Shown: positions 1 to 10,580, numbered from the stretch's first letter. The stretch is 32,000 nucleotides of DNA from Aliivibrio fischeri ES114 (GCF_000011805.1 NC_006841.2), one strand, 5' to 3'. Program-made: numbers and translations. Notes: a model not told the origin generated them from the sequence alone.

Positions 1-758
1 GTATTCAAACAAGCTTTTTAGTTCTTGGTGTAGCCATTCTTATTATCGCTGTTCCTTTAGCGACAACGATCAACAACCCACCAGAAGGTTACCAACCAGA
101 AGAGCCTAAAGTTAAAGCTGGTAAAGCGCCAGTAACAACTCGTAAGCCAATGGATCTAAACTGGAAAGCAATGCTTAAAACACCACAGTTTTACTCATTA
201 TGGATCATGTATGCGTTTGCAGCGTCAGCTGGTCTTATGATCATTGGTAACATCACAACAATTGCAAGCATGCAAGCAAACCTACCGAATGCGGTTTACT
301 TAGCTTCTCTACTTGCTGTATTCAATTCAGGCGGTCGTGTTGCTGCTGGTATGCTTTCTGATAAGATCGGTGGTGTTAAAACATTACTTATCGCATTTGT
401 GCTTCAAGGTGCGAACATGGCTCTATTTAGCATGTACGACAATGAAGTAATGCTAATCATCGGTACAGCTGTTGCTGCTGTTGGTTACGGTACACTGCTA
501 GCCGTATTCCCATCACTTACTGCTGAGTTCTACGGTCTGAAAAACTACGGTACTAACTACGGTGTTCTATACACTTCATGGGGTATTGGTGGTGCTATCG
601 GTGCTGCAGTTGTTGGTTTCTCAATGACTCAAGGTGGCGACTATGCTCTAGCGTACACTATCTCTGCTGCGATGGTTGGTGTTGCAATTATTCTAGCTCT
701 AGTTACTAAGCCTATCTCTGAAGAGAAAGCACAACAACTAAGCCCTGCTACCGTTTAA
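1..758 (+). CDS. MFS transporter, oxalate/formate-antiporter-like, C-terminal half (5' end lies left of the window)
   Basis: Frame 3 is open from base 3 to the TAA at 756-758. The listed ORF 150..758 is only the part after an internal Met. Multiple hydrophobic helices and the MFS-type loop 'GGRVAAGMLSDKIGG'. An intrinsic terminator follows. Confidence 0.7.
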   Translation, partial: IQTSFLVLGVAILIIAVPLATTINNPPEGYQPEEPKVKAGKAPVTTRKPMDLNWKAMLKTPQFYSLWIMYAFAASAGLMIIGNITTIASMQANLPNAVYLASLLAVFNSGGRVAAGMLSDKIGGVKTLLIAFVLQGANMALFSMYDNEVMLIIGTAVAAVGYGTLLAVFPSLTAEFYGLKNYGTNYGVLYTSWGIGGAIGAAVVGFSMTQGGDYALAYTISAAMVGVAIILALVTKPISEEKAQQLSPATV

Positions 759-777
759 TATTATTCAATAAAATCAA

Positions 778-809
778 AGCCCGTTTGCAATTGTAAACGG
801 GCTTTTTTT
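778..809 (+). terminator. rho-independent terminator of the MFS gene
   Basis: Hairpin agcccgttt / aaacgggct with a 7-nt loop, followed by a T7 run. Confidence 0.85.
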
Positions 810-867
810 GTTTTTTTCCTCTTTTATTATTACAATATAACTTATCTTGAATTTATTGGATTTGCCT

Positions 868-3222
868 ATGTTTTCTAAACGCTCATTATTAATTGCTTTT
901 GTTGTTATTTTCTCCGGTTGTGCCACGTACGCCACATATAACTACGATCAATTATTTGGAGAGGAGCAAGTTCAAGAACGTATTCACGAATATAAGTCAC
1001 CAGAGAGTATTGATTACCTTGATGATGTGAAACCTCTTATCGATAAACGCTGTGTGGTATGTCACGCCTGCTATGATGCGCCCTGCCAATTAAAAATGTC
1101 TTCAGCGGAAGGTATTGATCGTGGTGCGCATAAATCGAAAATTTATGAAGGAACACGTTTAGTTGCTGCAAATCCTACTCGTTTATTTGAGGATGCTCAA
1201 ACGACGCAAGAATGGCGTGATATTGGTTTCTCTCCTGTACTTAATGAACGTGACCAGAATGAAATTGCAAACACCGAAGCTGGTGTTATGGCACGCATGC
1301 TGACTTTAAAACAGACAAATCCACTTGCTAAAGAGAAACAATTAACAGGTTATGATTTCTCTATCGATCGTGATCAACAATGCCCTACGATCGAAGAAAT
1401 GTCTGATTATGAGAGTCAATATCCAAGCTGGGGTATGCCATATGGAATGCCTGAGTTGTCTAATTCAGAACACGATTTACTAATGAATTGGCTAGAGCAA
1501 GGCGCTCATATGAGTGATATTGCTCCGCTTTCGGATTCTGATATTGCAAATGTTGAAAAATGGGAAACCTTTTTCAATGGTAATTCATTAAAAGAGCAAC
1601 TTACCGCTCGTTACCTATACGAACACTTATTTTTAAATCATTTATATTTTACAAAAGATCCTAATACGCTACGCTTCTTTAAAGTTGTACGTTCAGCAAC
1701 GCCTCCAGGTGAACCGTTATCACTTATCGCAACACGTCGCCCATATGATGATCCGGGTGTAGAGCGTGTTTATTATCGTGTAGTTCCTGTCAGAAGTAGT
1801 ATTGTTGATAAAACACATATGCCCTACTTACTTGATCAAGAACGTTTTGAAAAATGGACTAAGTGGTTTGTTACTGCAGATTATCAAGTAACATCGCTAC
1901 CAAGTTACTCAACTGAAATTGCCGCTAATCCTCTAGTTACTTTTGTGGATCTACCCGTTCACTCGCGTTACAGCTATTTATTGGATGAAGCACAAGATAC
2001 CATTCAAGGCTTTATTAAAGGTCCGGTTTGTCGTGGTCAACTTGCTCTTAATGTGATTAATGATCATTTTTGGGTTTTCTTTGTCGATCCAGACAAAACC
2101 GATAGTCCCGATGTGGTGAAGTTCTATCGTGAACAAAAAGAGAATCTTGCTTTACCTGCAGAGTTAGACAGTACAACAGTGCCAATTACAAGTTGGATTC
2201 AATATTCTCGAAATCAAGCAAGATATTTAGAAGCAAAAAATACGTATCTAAATAGTATCTTTTCTAATGGTCAGCACTTAACTCTCGATCTAATTTGGAA
2301 TGGTAATCAAACTAATGATAATGCGGCATTAACTATCTACCGTCATTTTGATAGTGCTTCAGTTATTAAAGGATTAAATGGACCTACTCCAAAAACAGCT
2401 TGGGTAATTGATTATGCATTATTAGAACGTATTCATTACCTATTGGTTGCTGGTTTTGATGTGTATGGTAATTTCGGCCATCAATTGATGACTCGTATGT
2501 ACATGGATTTCTTAAGAATGGAAGGTGAAAGTAACTTTTTAGCTTTATTACCTAAGAAAATGCGTAAGGCTGAATTTGAAAGCTGGTATCAAGATCCATC
2601 ACCTCAACTAAGTCGTTTCTTACAGCGTGATGTACAGCCATTTGAGCAGCCAACACAAATAAAATATATTTCTAATAATCCAAAAGATGAACTCTTTACT
2701 AAATTAAGAAAACGCATGGGTAGTGGTTTATCAACCCGTTACAATGTAACTAATTCTGAGTTGGATAAATCGTCTCACATTGCTTTAAATAGTATTGATC
2801 GCATTCAAGGCGATGGACTGCAATACTTACCTCAAATCATGACGGTTAAAGTTGTGTCTAATAAAGGAAAAAGTGAATTTTTCACCCTATTAAATACAAG
2901 TGCGCATAAGAACATTTCTTCTTTATTTAATGAAGAAGGAAATCGTATTCCTAAACTTGACCGCTTGTCTATCCTATACGGTGTTGTAGGTAGTTACCCT
3001 GCTGCCTTTTTAGAGATTGAAGAATCTAAATTACCTGATTTTGTTAAACAATTAAGCAAAGTCGGTTCTGAAGAAGATTACGTCGCATTACTTGATGGCT
3101 ATGCAATTAGACGCAGCTCAAATAAATTCTGGGCTTATAGTGACGAGTTAACAGAATGGTATAAAATGAAATATCCAATCGAAGCTGGTCTTTTAGATTA
3201 CAATCGATTTGAAAATAGATAA
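868..3222 (+). CDS. cti: fatty acid cis/trans isomerase (haem-c containing, periplasmic)
   Basis: About 780 aa with an N-terminal lipoprotein-type signal (..VIFSGC) and the haem-binding CxxCH in 'KRCVVCHACYDAPCQLKMSS', as in the Cti family. The ATG at 868 is preferred over the TTG at 847 used by the ORF track. Confidence 0.85.
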   Translation: MFSKRSLLIAFVVIFSGCATYATYNYDQLFGEEQVQERIHEYKSPESIDYLDDVKPLIDKRCVVCHACYDAPCQLKMSSAEGIDRGAHKSKIYEGTRLVAANPTRLFEDAQTTQEWRDIGFSPVLNERDQNEIANTEAGVMARMLTLKQTNPLAKEKQLTGYDFSIDRDQQCPTIEEMSDYESQYPSWGMPYGMPELSNSEHDLLMNWLEQGAHMSDIAPLSDSDIANVEKWETFFNGNSLKEQLTARYLYEHLFLNHLYFTKDPNTLRFFKVVRSATPPGEPLSLIATRRPYDDPGVERVYYRVVPVRSSIVDKTHMPYLLDQERFEKWTKWFVTADYQVTSLPSYSTEIAANPLVTFVDLPVHSRYSYLLDEAQDTIQGFIKGPVCRGQLALNVINDHFWVFFVDPDKTDSPDVVKFYREQKENLALPAELDSTTVPITSWIQYSRNQARYLEAKNTYLNSIFSNGQHLTLDLIWNGNQTNDNAALTIYRHFDSASVIKGLNGPTPKTAWVIDYALLERIHYLLVAGFDVYGNFGHQLMTRMYMDFLRMEGESNFLALLPKKMRKAEFESWYQDPSPQLSRFLQRDVQPFEQPTQIKYISNNPKDELFTKLRKRMGSGLSTRYNVTNSELDKSSHIALNSIDRIQGDGLQYLPQIMTVKVVSNKGKSEFFTLLNTSAHKNISSLFNEEGNRIPKLDRLSILYGVVGSYPAAFLEIEESKLPDFVKQLSKVGSEEDYVALLDGYAIRRSSNKFWAYSDELTEWYKMKYPIEAGLLDYNRFENR

Positions 3223-3238
3223 TTCTTATTTTTGAATA

Positions 3239-3916
3239 TTGAAAAGTGAGTGTACACAGGAGACACTCACCTTTTTAGGGGTATTTTACTTGTTGGAACA
3301 AATATTTATACAATGCCTTAATGCATTTAGTGATGATTACAAAACCATTTGTAAGCATCATTACCCTACTATTCATAATCGCGGAATGTCACCATCACAT
3401 CTAAGCTCTGCTTTTCACCGTCGACTAAAAGCGATCGTTCAAGCACAAGGTTACTCTTGTGAAATAACCCTTTTCTCGCATGATACAGAACATCAATTGT
3501 ATGTTTTTTCATTACTGATTAATGATGAACGTATATGGATGATCTACCCTCAGTTTTTGAATGCAAAAACAGAAGCCAAAACACAAATATATGCGGCTAT
3601 AGAAGAACTTAAGAAAAGTGATGTTTTATTATTGAATGACCACTTAATGGTATTGTGTGATCATTGGTTTGATAGAACAAGAAGCAGTAAAGAATTGTAT
3701 TTCTGGTGGACAGGCAAAATGCCTGAAGACAACGCAATGTATACTCACCAAGGCATTCATAACTTAATATCTGAAACCACACTCGATAAGCAATTAAATA
3801 ACTTAAGCATGACATGTTTGAATCGCTCTATATATCACCCCTTAGAGGCGAATCAACAACATGTCTTACTTAAATACTTTTTATGTTTTAGCCTTTTTCG
3901 TTATATTCATAACTAA
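3239..3916 (+). CDS. hypothetical protein (start uncertain)
   Basis: Long open frame with no recognisable motif. The listed TTG start lies inside the cti terminator hairpin, so the real start is probably downstream (first in-frame ATG at 3386). Confidence 0.4.
   Translation: MKSECTQETLTFLGVFYLLEQIFIQCLNAFSDDYKTICKHHYPTIHNRGMSPSHLSSAFHRRLKAIVQAQGYSCEITLFSHDTEHQLYVFSLLINDERIWMIYPQFLNAKTEAKTQIYAAIEELKKSDVLLLNDHLMVLCDHWFDRTRSSKELYFWWTGKMPEDNAMYTHQGIHNLISETTLDKQLNNLSMTCLNRSIYHPLEANQQHVLLKYFLCFSLFRYIHN
3246..3277 (+). terminator. rho-independent terminator of cti
   Basis: Stem gtgagtgt / acactcac, 9-nt loop, then cttttt. Confidence 0.8.
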
Positions 3917-3921
3917 TGGCT

Positions 3922-4296
3922 TTATCCAAGGCTTTCTTCACTATCCTTATTCGGATGCTCTATGTGAATAACCCCTTTACAGCCTAAATTTTCTATCTGC
4001 GTTTTATGCAGTTGAGTACTTAAATAAAAGCCGTATTGGTAAAGCGTTTCACCTTTTACTGATTTTATTTCTTTTCGATACACAATGTCGCCAATCATTG
4101 CAGGAAATGAACGAATTCTCAGTTCACAGCTGCCTTCTTGTAATTTACGTTCACTTGTAAAACCAAACCCTTTTTTAGATACATCCATTAATTTAACGCT
4201 AACAAAAGGCATCAATCTATGTGCCCAAAATATTTTAGCATTAACAGATTTTTTACACTCAAATCTGGGCCAACGGCGCTTTAATAAAAATTCCAC
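3922..4296 (-). CDS. PilZ-domain (c-di-GMP binding) protein
   Basis: N-terminal 'RRWPR' (RxxxR) and 'DVSKKG' (D/NxSxxG), the two PilZ signature motifs. GTG start preceded by aaggtgag. Confidence 0.65.
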   Translation of the reverse strand: MEFLLKRRWPRFECKKSVNAKIFWAHRLMPFVSVKLMDVSKKGFGFTSERKLQEGSCELRIRSFPAMIGDIVYRKEIKSVKGETLYQYGFYLSTQLHKTQIENLGCKGVIHIEHPNKDSEESLG

Positions 4297-4488
4297 ATCT
4301 CACCTTGAGTTTGTCTTTATGCGCTTATTCTCAACAAAAACCGAGGATATTTCAACAAGATTATCAGTAAAATTATCATGAATGATACACTGTATAATGG
4401 ATTATTTTTGATTTCAGTAAGATTATACAAACCATATATGTAAACAGCTTTTTATATTCATCGATATGAATGACTAAACATTCGTTCT

Positions 4489-5892
4489 TTAGTATGTTTG
4501 TGCAAGCTCAACTGGATACCCTCTTTCTATAGCAAACTGTTCGGCTAAATGACAAACGTCATCATTAGATGGCTGAGTAAGTGTATTAATTTCTGTGCTT
4601 AATTTTATTGTTTGCGCTATTTGTTTTGCGCATTCAATAGCAGATGAGGCTTTTACTATCTCTGCTCTAAAATAACCATGGCCATCATAATTAATCGTCG
4701 CTGCTCTTAGTGTTATATCATCACCTGGAATTTGTTGAGCACCATATAACGGTTTTCCTGCTGTGGATGCAGTTTCAAACGAAGAAATAAATTGTGATAA
4801 ATGTTTGATGGCCTTTTCAGTTCGCTCTTGCTGAATACTTTCTTTCCAACCGTTCGTAATTTTATTGATGAATTTTTCTGGTAACTGTGGTTGAGAAGAT
4901 AGCTCTGAAGAACGAGATAGCCCATCTTTAAATAACGTAATTTCTTCTGTCATACCGTGTAATTGAAAATAGCCATTAGGGTATGGAGTTAACTGTGCCA
5001 TTCCTTTTGGAGTGCCTCTTTCTCCATGAAATATTACTTCTGGCCATTTTCCAAAAAAGTCACTATTCCAATGTGTCACATACGCAGCTTTGAACTCAAC
5101 CAGCCTTTTGGTTTGCTGTTGTGCAAGATCATCTATGATACCGGTGCGAAATCCTGCACAATTGATGACATAATCAAAGTTACAGCTAGTGACAGTGTCA
5201 CTATTTGAAAAACTTAAAAACCAATTACCATTATCTTGTTTATTTAATTTTTCAACTCGACATGAAAGATGCAAATTTACATTGGATTGTTCACTGAGAA
5301 CTAATTGAGCAGTTGATGCCATTCTAAATACACTTAGCCCATACTCTTGCACGATGACTACTGGGTATTTTATTTGCTCTAAATCTGTGGTTTTAGCGAA
5401 TGGGATCATCCACTCTGTCATTGAGCGAGGTTGATTTGTTGGTTCAAGTTTTGCAATTTCAAATAATTCTTGTTTAGTAAACGTCGTGAAATAATCTTCT
5501 GGTCTACCAAACACTTCATTCTTTTTAGATTGTTCAATGAGTTCCAGATAGTGCTTTTGCAATAAATTTAAACGCGGTAAAAGATCGCTCGCTTCAGCTC
5601 TATCGTCTTTAGGTACTGCGATAATTGTCGGTCTAATATTTAATGAATGAGGGAAAAATTGAGCGGTTTGAATTGACTCTGTTAATAAAGCGATACATTG
5701 CTCATCAGAGATCTCACGGTACAAATTACCGCCGGCGTGTAAATGACAAATAGGCGGACCATTAACTAAACTGGTTCCTTGCTCAAAAAGATCAATTTCA
5801 ATATCAAATTTTGACAGATACATTGCAATTGTTGAGCCTGCAACGCCACCACCAATGATGGCTACTTTCTTTTTTGAAGGTTTTTTGTCCAT
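4489..5892 (-). CDS. FAD-dependent oxidoreductase
   Basis: N-terminal Rossmann dinucleotide motif 'KKVAIIGGGVAGS..DLFEQG'. The ATG at 5892 is preferred over the upstream TTG at 5913. Confidence 0.75.
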   Translation of the reverse strand: MDKKPSKKKVAIIGGGVAGSTIAMYLSKFDIEIDLFEQGTSLVNGPPICHLHAGGNLYREISDEQCIALLTESIQTAQFFPHSLNIRPTIIAVPKDDRAEASDLLPRLNLLQKHYLELIEQSKKNEVFGRPEDYFTTFTKQELFEIAKLEPTNQPRSMTEWMIPFAKTTDLEQIKYPVVIVQEYGLSVFRMASTAQLVLSEQSNVNLHLSCRVEKLNKQDNGNWFLSFSNSDTVTSCNFDYVINCAGFRTGIIDDLAQQQTKRLVEFKAAYVTHWNSDFFGKWPEVIFHGERGTPKGMAQLTPYPNGYFQLHGMTEEITLFKDGLSRSSELSSQPQLPEKFINKITNGWKESIQQERTEKAIKHLSQFISSFETASTAGKPLYGAQQIPGDDITLRAATINYDGHGYFRAEIVKASSAIECAKQIAQTIKLSTEINTLTQPSNDDVCHLAEQFAIERGYPVELAQTY

Positions 5893-6034
5893 TATTTTCC
5901 ACAATCCAAGCAATATTTATATTAACTTGGCTATTTTACTTTGCGTCACAAAAAAATAATAGAATAGAGAAAGAAAAAGCTTGATCTATATGTATTGTAC
6001 TTATAATTCAATAAGTTAAACTGTTATTCAAACA

Positions 6035-6069
6035 GTTACCCACAGAAATTGTGGATAACTGTGGGTAAC
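6035..6069. promoter_or_regulatory. perfect 11-bp inverted repeat enclosing a consensus DnaA box (may simply be a terminator hairpin)
   Basis: gttacccacag-N13-ctgtgggtaac. The loop contains tgtggataa, the reverse complement of TTATCCACA. Each arm holds TTACCCACA, a one-mismatch box. Confidence 0.4.
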
Positions 6070-6070
6070 T

Positions 6071-6304
6071 TTAACCCCACAAGGTTAATTTAATAATTCT
6101 GATAGCAACACCTATGATAAGTAGGCTAATACCAATTCGATACCACTTATATTCATTAACAGACATTTCAATTCGTTTTACAAACAGCATAACGGCACCA
6201 CTTATGTCTGATGTTCTTCGAGAATACTGGGTTATTGAGACTAATATGCACACCATACCAATCAACATAAATAAATACTGTGCTATATCAATGAGAAATT
6301 CCAT
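6071..6304 (-). CDS. small two-helix membrane protein
   Basis: 77 aa with two hydrophobic segments. Strong SD (taaggag) 8 nt upstream of the ATG. Confidence 0.55.
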   Translation of the reverse strand: MEFLIDIAQYLFMLIGMVCILVSITQYSRRTSDISGAVMLFVKRIEMSVNEYKWYRIGISLLIIGVAIRIIKLTLWG

Positions 6305-6467
6305 ATTTAAGCTCCTTATGTGTTCTATGTAACTATCTCTTTTTTCATTGATTAAAGTAAATTAGCAAATAGTCTTATATATTTTCAGTATGCTGTTATA
6401 AAGAGGTACTTATTCATCCTTGTATTTTGTTATACTGGTCACAACTTTATTAGATTATGTGAATGTA

Positions 6468-8114
6468 ATGGAACAGCTTGAAGCCAAACTAAAAAAATTA
6501 GAAAAACGAAACTACCGTAGTTATACCTCTATTAAAGGGGAATACGATTTTACCGACTTCACTCTGTATATCGATAATGTTCAATCTGACCCTTATGCTC
6601 CACCAACACGTATTCGTGCAAAACGTGCATGGTCGCTAACCCATCTTCAATGGCTTCAAGAAACGTCACTTGATTATCAACGTGCCGCTCGTGATTTTTT
6701 AGCTCGCCACTTTAGTGAGTTATTAGAAAAAGATGCAACGCTTTCAATTGCATTATCTGGTCAGACGGTTTTAGACCATACTTCAGTCATTTTTGATGAT
6801 GAAGGCATCGAACTTCGTTACAACATTAATTTACCGGCTGATGGTCGTGAGATTTTAGCGAAAAAAGCGATTAATATTTTAACTTACCATATGCCTAAAT
6901 ATGTACGCCGTACACTTTTAGCTCGCGAACTTCCTATTGAAGAGTTAAAAGAACATTGTAAAGTTATCGTTGACCAAGTTGCTCTTCGTCGTCAGCTTTC
7001 TGAGCACGGCTTAGTTGCTTTTGTTGCTAATGGCAGTATTTTACCTCGAATTGCTGGTAATAATGATCGTCCAATGAAGGATGCGATTGCATTTCAAAGC
7101 CCTGAGTCGTTAGAAGTCGAGCTAATGACGCCTAACCGTGGCCCTGTAAAAGGCATGGGAATTCCAAAAGGCATCACGTTAATTGTGGGTGGTGGTTTCC
7201 ATGGTAAATCAACACTATTGAATGCATTAGAACGCTCTATTTATGATCATATCCCTGGCGATGGTCGTGAATATATCGTAACAGAAGAATCTACAACAAA
7301 AATTCAAGCAGAAGATGGACGTTGTGTTCATAATTTGAATTTATCGAACTACATTAACCATTTACCTATGGGTAAAGACACAACATGCTTCTCAACTCAA
7401 GATGCATCAGGTTCTACATCACAAGCAGCATGGCTTCAAGAGTCACTAGAAGCTCAGGCTAAAACTCTTTTAATTGATGAAGATACGTCTGCAACCAATT
7501 TCATGATCCGTGATGAGCGAATGCAAGCATTAGTAAATAATGGTGCAGAACCCATTACCCCTCTTGTCGATCGCATTGGTCAGTTACGTGATGAAATGGG
7601 TGTTTCTACAATTCTTGTTATGGGTGGCTCTGGTGATTACCTTGATGTTGCAGACACGGTTATCCAAATGCATGACTACCAAGCAGTTGATGTTACTTCA
7701 AAAGCGAAAGAAGTGGTTGTTTCACACCCTACTACGCGTGTGCGTGAAGGCTCGGACAATTTGCTACCAACCGAGATGCGTCAATTAAACCGTTCTTCCC
7801 TTCAAGCGATTCTTCAAGAAGGCAAGTTCCGTATTCAAGCGAAAAACAAAGATTCGTTACGTTTTGGCCGTGAATATATTGATATTACCGCTATCTCTCA
7901 ACTTCAGTCTTCAGCGCAAGTTCATGCTATTGGTTGGATGTGGTTTCAGTTATCACAAACTCCAGGTTGGGAATCGAACCCTGTTGAGTTTATTGCTCAG
8001 CAACTTCATGATAATTGGTATGAAATGATGCCAAAGCACGGTGATTTGGCTAAGCCGCGTGTTATTGAGGTAATGGCGACACTTAATCGTATGCGTGTAG
8101 CTGAATTTAAATAG
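6468..8114 (+). CDS. ABC-class ATPase domain protein (COG3044-like, non-transporter)
   Basis: Walker A-like 'GGGFHGKSTLLNAL' and Walker B-like 'LLIDEDTSATNF'. The ATG at 6468 (MEQLEAKL..) is preferred over the TTG at 6420. Confidence 0.8.
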   Translation: MEQLEAKLKKLEKRNYRSYTSIKGEYDFTDFTLYIDNVQSDPYAPPTRIRAKRAWSLTHLQWLQETSLDYQRAARDFLARHFSELLEKDATLSIALSGQTVLDHTSVIFDDEGIELRYNINLPADGREILAKKAINILTYHMPKYVRRTLLARELPIEELKEHCKVIVDQVALRRQLSEHGLVAFVANGSILPRIAGNNDRPMKDAIAFQSPESLEVELMTPNRGPVKGMGIPKGITLIVGGGFHGKSTLLNALERSIYDHIPGDGREYIVTEESTTKIQAEDGRCVHNLNLSNYINHLPMGKDTTCFSTQDASGSTSQAAWLQESLEAQAKTLLIDEDTSATNFMIRDERMQALVNNGAEPITPLVDRIGQLRDEMGVSTILVMGGSGDYLDVADTVIQMHDYQAVDVTSKAKEVVVSHPTTRVREGSDNLLPTEMRQLNRSSLQAILQEGKFRIQAKNKDSLRFGREYIDITAISQLQSSAQVHAIGWMWFQLSQTPGWESNPVEFIAQQLHDNWYEMMPKHGDLAKPRVIEVMATLNRMRVAEFK

Positions 8115-8131
8115 CAAATCACAACTTTTAT

Positions 8132-8159
8132 AAAGCCTCCTTCTATAGGAGGCTTTTTT
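8132..8159 (+). terminator. rho-independent terminator
   Basis: aagcctcc / ggaggctt hairpin followed by a T run. Confidence 0.85.
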
Positions 8160-8388
8160 GTATATAATGCTTTTCTTTTAACAAATAACAATCAAATTGA
8201 TTACAAATTAAACATTCAATAATGATTATCTACTGAATAAAAGTGAATAATTACTTTTTTTTAATGAATAGTATTCCACTTCATTAGAAAACAGTGTAAT
8301 CTCCACTTTATTGAATGAATACGGAAATTTAGTGAATAATAATGCTAAGGAATAGCAGTTTATTAACTAGTGGTAATTTGAGAGATTT

Positions 8389-9756
8389 ATGCAAAATTCA
8401 AGTGAGAGTGTACCTATGAGCAAGAAGAAGAATCTTCTAATGTTCCTTATCCCGTCATTAATCGGCTTGTTCCTTTTTATGGCACCAATAACCTATAACG
8501 GTGATATTACTATCCCAGTTGCCGTTTTAGCTAAATCAATTCAAGCTTTATTCGGTGAGCACCTAGTAGCTATGGTTACTGGTATCACTCTGTTTATGGC
8601 AGTAGTAACTATCTTGTTTAAATTATTTAAACCAAGTTTTATTACCAGCAATGAATTCCTATTTGGTCTATTGAACCCAAGCCCACTTTGGTTCGTCGTT
8701 CGCCTAATTGGTGGTGCAGCGGCAGCAATGGTATTTTTTCAATTCGGTCCTGAAGCTATTTGGGAACCAAATACTGGTGGTTTAGTATTAAACGATTTAC
8801 TTCCTGTTCTTTTTTCTGTATTCATTTTTGCAGGTTTATTATTACCTCTTCTTCTTAACTTTGGTTTACTTGAATTATTTGGTGCTTTGTTAAGTAAAGT
8901 GATGCGTCCGGTTTTCAATCTACCAGGTCGTTCAGCTATTGACTGTATGGCATCGTGGTTAGGTGATGGCTCTGTTGGTATTCTTTTAACAAGCAAACAA
9001 TATGAAGGTAAGTTTTATACTCAGCGTGAAGCTGCTGTTGTTGGTACGACTTTCTCTGCAGTATCAATTACTTTCAGCCTTGTTGTTATTGCTCAAGTTG
9101 AACTAGAAAGTTATTTCTTACCATTTTATTTAACTGTATGTCTTGCTGGTGTTGTGGCTGCTATTATCATCCCTCGCCTACCACCATTAAGTCGTAAAAA
9201 AGACCTGTTCATTGATGGTACCGAGCGTGATGCCGATGCTGAATTAATCCCAGAAGGATACACAACATTTTCTTGGGGTTTAGAGCAAGCGATGAACAAA
9301 GCCGCTAAAGTAACTTCTATTAGAGGCGTATTTGGTGAAGGCGTTAAGAATGCAGTAGATATGGTATTTGGCGTATTACCAGTGGTTATGGCATTAGGTA
9401 CTGTGGCTCTTGTTATTGCTGAATATACTTCTGTTTTCACTGTACTAGGTCAACCGTTTATTCCGTTCCTTGAATTACTAGGTGTTCCTGAAGCGGCTGC
9501 TGCATCTCAAACGATTGTTGTTGGTTTTGCTGATATGTTTATTCCATCAATCTTAGCGGCATCAATCGATAGTGAAATGACTCGTTTTGTGATTGCTGCA
9601 ATGTCAGTTACACAGTTAATTTATATGTCTGAAGTTGGTGCTTTATTACTTGGTAGTAAGATCCCTGTAAACATTTTTGAACTGTTTGCTATCTTCATCT
9701 TACGTACTATTATCACACTTCCAGTAATTGCAGGTATGGCACATTTAATTTTCTAA
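8389..9756 (+). CDS. multi-pass inner-membrane protein, nucleoside-recognition (Gate)/YjiH-like (tentative)
   Basis: 455 aa, hydrophobic throughout with more than 10 predicted helices. Family assignment is from memory of similar Vibrio proteins, not verified. Confidence 0.6.
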   Translation: MQNSSESVPMSKKKNLLMFLIPSLIGLFLFMAPITYNGDITIPVAVLAKSIQALFGEHLVAMVTGITLFMAVVTILFKLFKPSFITSNEFLFGLLNPSPLWFVVRLIGGAAAAMVFFQFGPEAIWEPNTGGLVLNDLLPVLFSVFIFAGLLLPLLLNFGLLELFGALLSKVMRPVFNLPGRSAIDCMASWLGDGSVGILLTSKQYEGKFYTQREAAVVGTTFSAVSITFSLVVIAQVELESYFLPFYLTVCLAGVVAAIIIPRLPPLSRKKDLFIDGTERDADAELIPEGYTTFSWGLEQAMNKAAKVTSIRGVFGEGVKNAVDMVFGVLPVVMALGTVALVIAEYTSVFTVLGQPFIPFLELLGVPEAAAASQTIVVGFADMFIPSILAASIDSEMTRFVIAAMSVTQLIYMSEVGALLLGSKIPVNIFELFAIFILRTIITLPVIAGMAHLIF

Positions 9757-9777
9757 TTAAACGTCACTCTCACCTAT

Positions 9778-9960
9778 TTAAAGCGATCTCTTATGAGGTC
9801 GTTTTTTTTGACTTAAATACTCATAGAAGACAAATGATAATATTGGTGTGAATAATAATGAGAAAATGAAAGCTATTGGGCCTGAACGATCATAGCTTTT
9901 AGCTATAACGGCGACCCCTAATGATAATGAAATATATATCCATAAAGAGAAGTAAATCAT
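9778..9960 (-). CDS. possible small membrane protein
   Basis: 60 aa with two hydrophobic segments, but no SD. Its 3' end overlaps the plus-strand terminator. Confidence 0.3.
   Translation of the reverse strand: MIYFSLWIYISLSLGVAVIAKSYDRSGPIAFIFSLLFTPILSFVFYEYLSQKKRPHKRSL
9784..9809 (+). terminator. rho-independent terminator
   Basis: cgatctc / gaggtcg stem (one G-U pair), ttat loop, T8 run. Confidence 0.8.
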
Positions 9961-10096
9961 ATAAGACCAACATGTTACACAATAAAAACAATGCTAGCGT
10001 TATATATCTTCTATACCATTAGTGATACTTGATTTGGCAAAATGTGCTGAATTATCAGCAATTATAGGATTTAACAAATTATGTTAGATTATTAGA

Positions 10097-10127
10097 TAAA
10101 AAAGGCTTAGCAATAAACCTAAGCCTT
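10097..10127 (-). terminator. rho-independent terminator of the DUF3297 gene
   Basis: On the minus strand: aaggcttag / ctaagcctt hairpin followed by a T run. Confidence 0.65.
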
Positions 10128-10151
10128 TCAATACTTATAATAAGTAAATGC

Positions 10152-10406
10152 TTATTTATAAAAAGCTTCAACTGTGCCTTTTAATTTAATTAGCATTGGT
10201 TGTCCACGACGATCAAGTGCTTTAGGTGAAGGGATCTTAACCCAACCTTCGCTGATGCAATATTCTTCAACATCAAAACGCTCTTTACCATTTAAACGAA
10301 TACCAATGTGATGCTCAAAGCATTCAGCAACGTGATGTGGGCTACGAGGATTGCCAGAAAGGTGGTCTGGTAAAGTTGGTTGAGTTTTAGCGTCGTTCAT
10401 GTTCAT
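10152..10406 (-). CDS. DUF3297-family small protein
   Basis: 84 aa. '..NPRSP..GIRLNGKERFDVEEYCISEGWVKI..DRRGQP..KLKGTVE' matches my memory of the DUF3297 pattern. Confidence 0.7.
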   Translation of the reverse strand: MNMNDAKTQPTLPDHLSGNPRSPHHVAECFEHHIGIRLNGKERFDVEEYCISEGWVKIPSPKALDRRGQPMLIKLKGTVEAFYK

Positions 10407-10580
10407 GACCTATAAAATAAAAGTGCGTCATTGTAGTCAATCTAAGACTAAGTCACAAGTGCTCTTCATCAATATCATTTATGATACTTACCTAGCGGAG
10501 TTAATTTTTATTATTTCTTGTTCTAGCTGTTTTGTGATGGGCATCCTTAAATCTTTTTCCTATACTAGTCATAATATTAG

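Noticed and set aside
8233-8339. Five copies of TGAATA(A) upstream of the membrane-protein gene, as possible regulator binding sites or a riboswitch.
   Set aside because: The region is extremely AT-rich with no consistent spacing or dyad symmetry. I cannot distinguish this from chance, and no recognisable riboswitch architecture is present.
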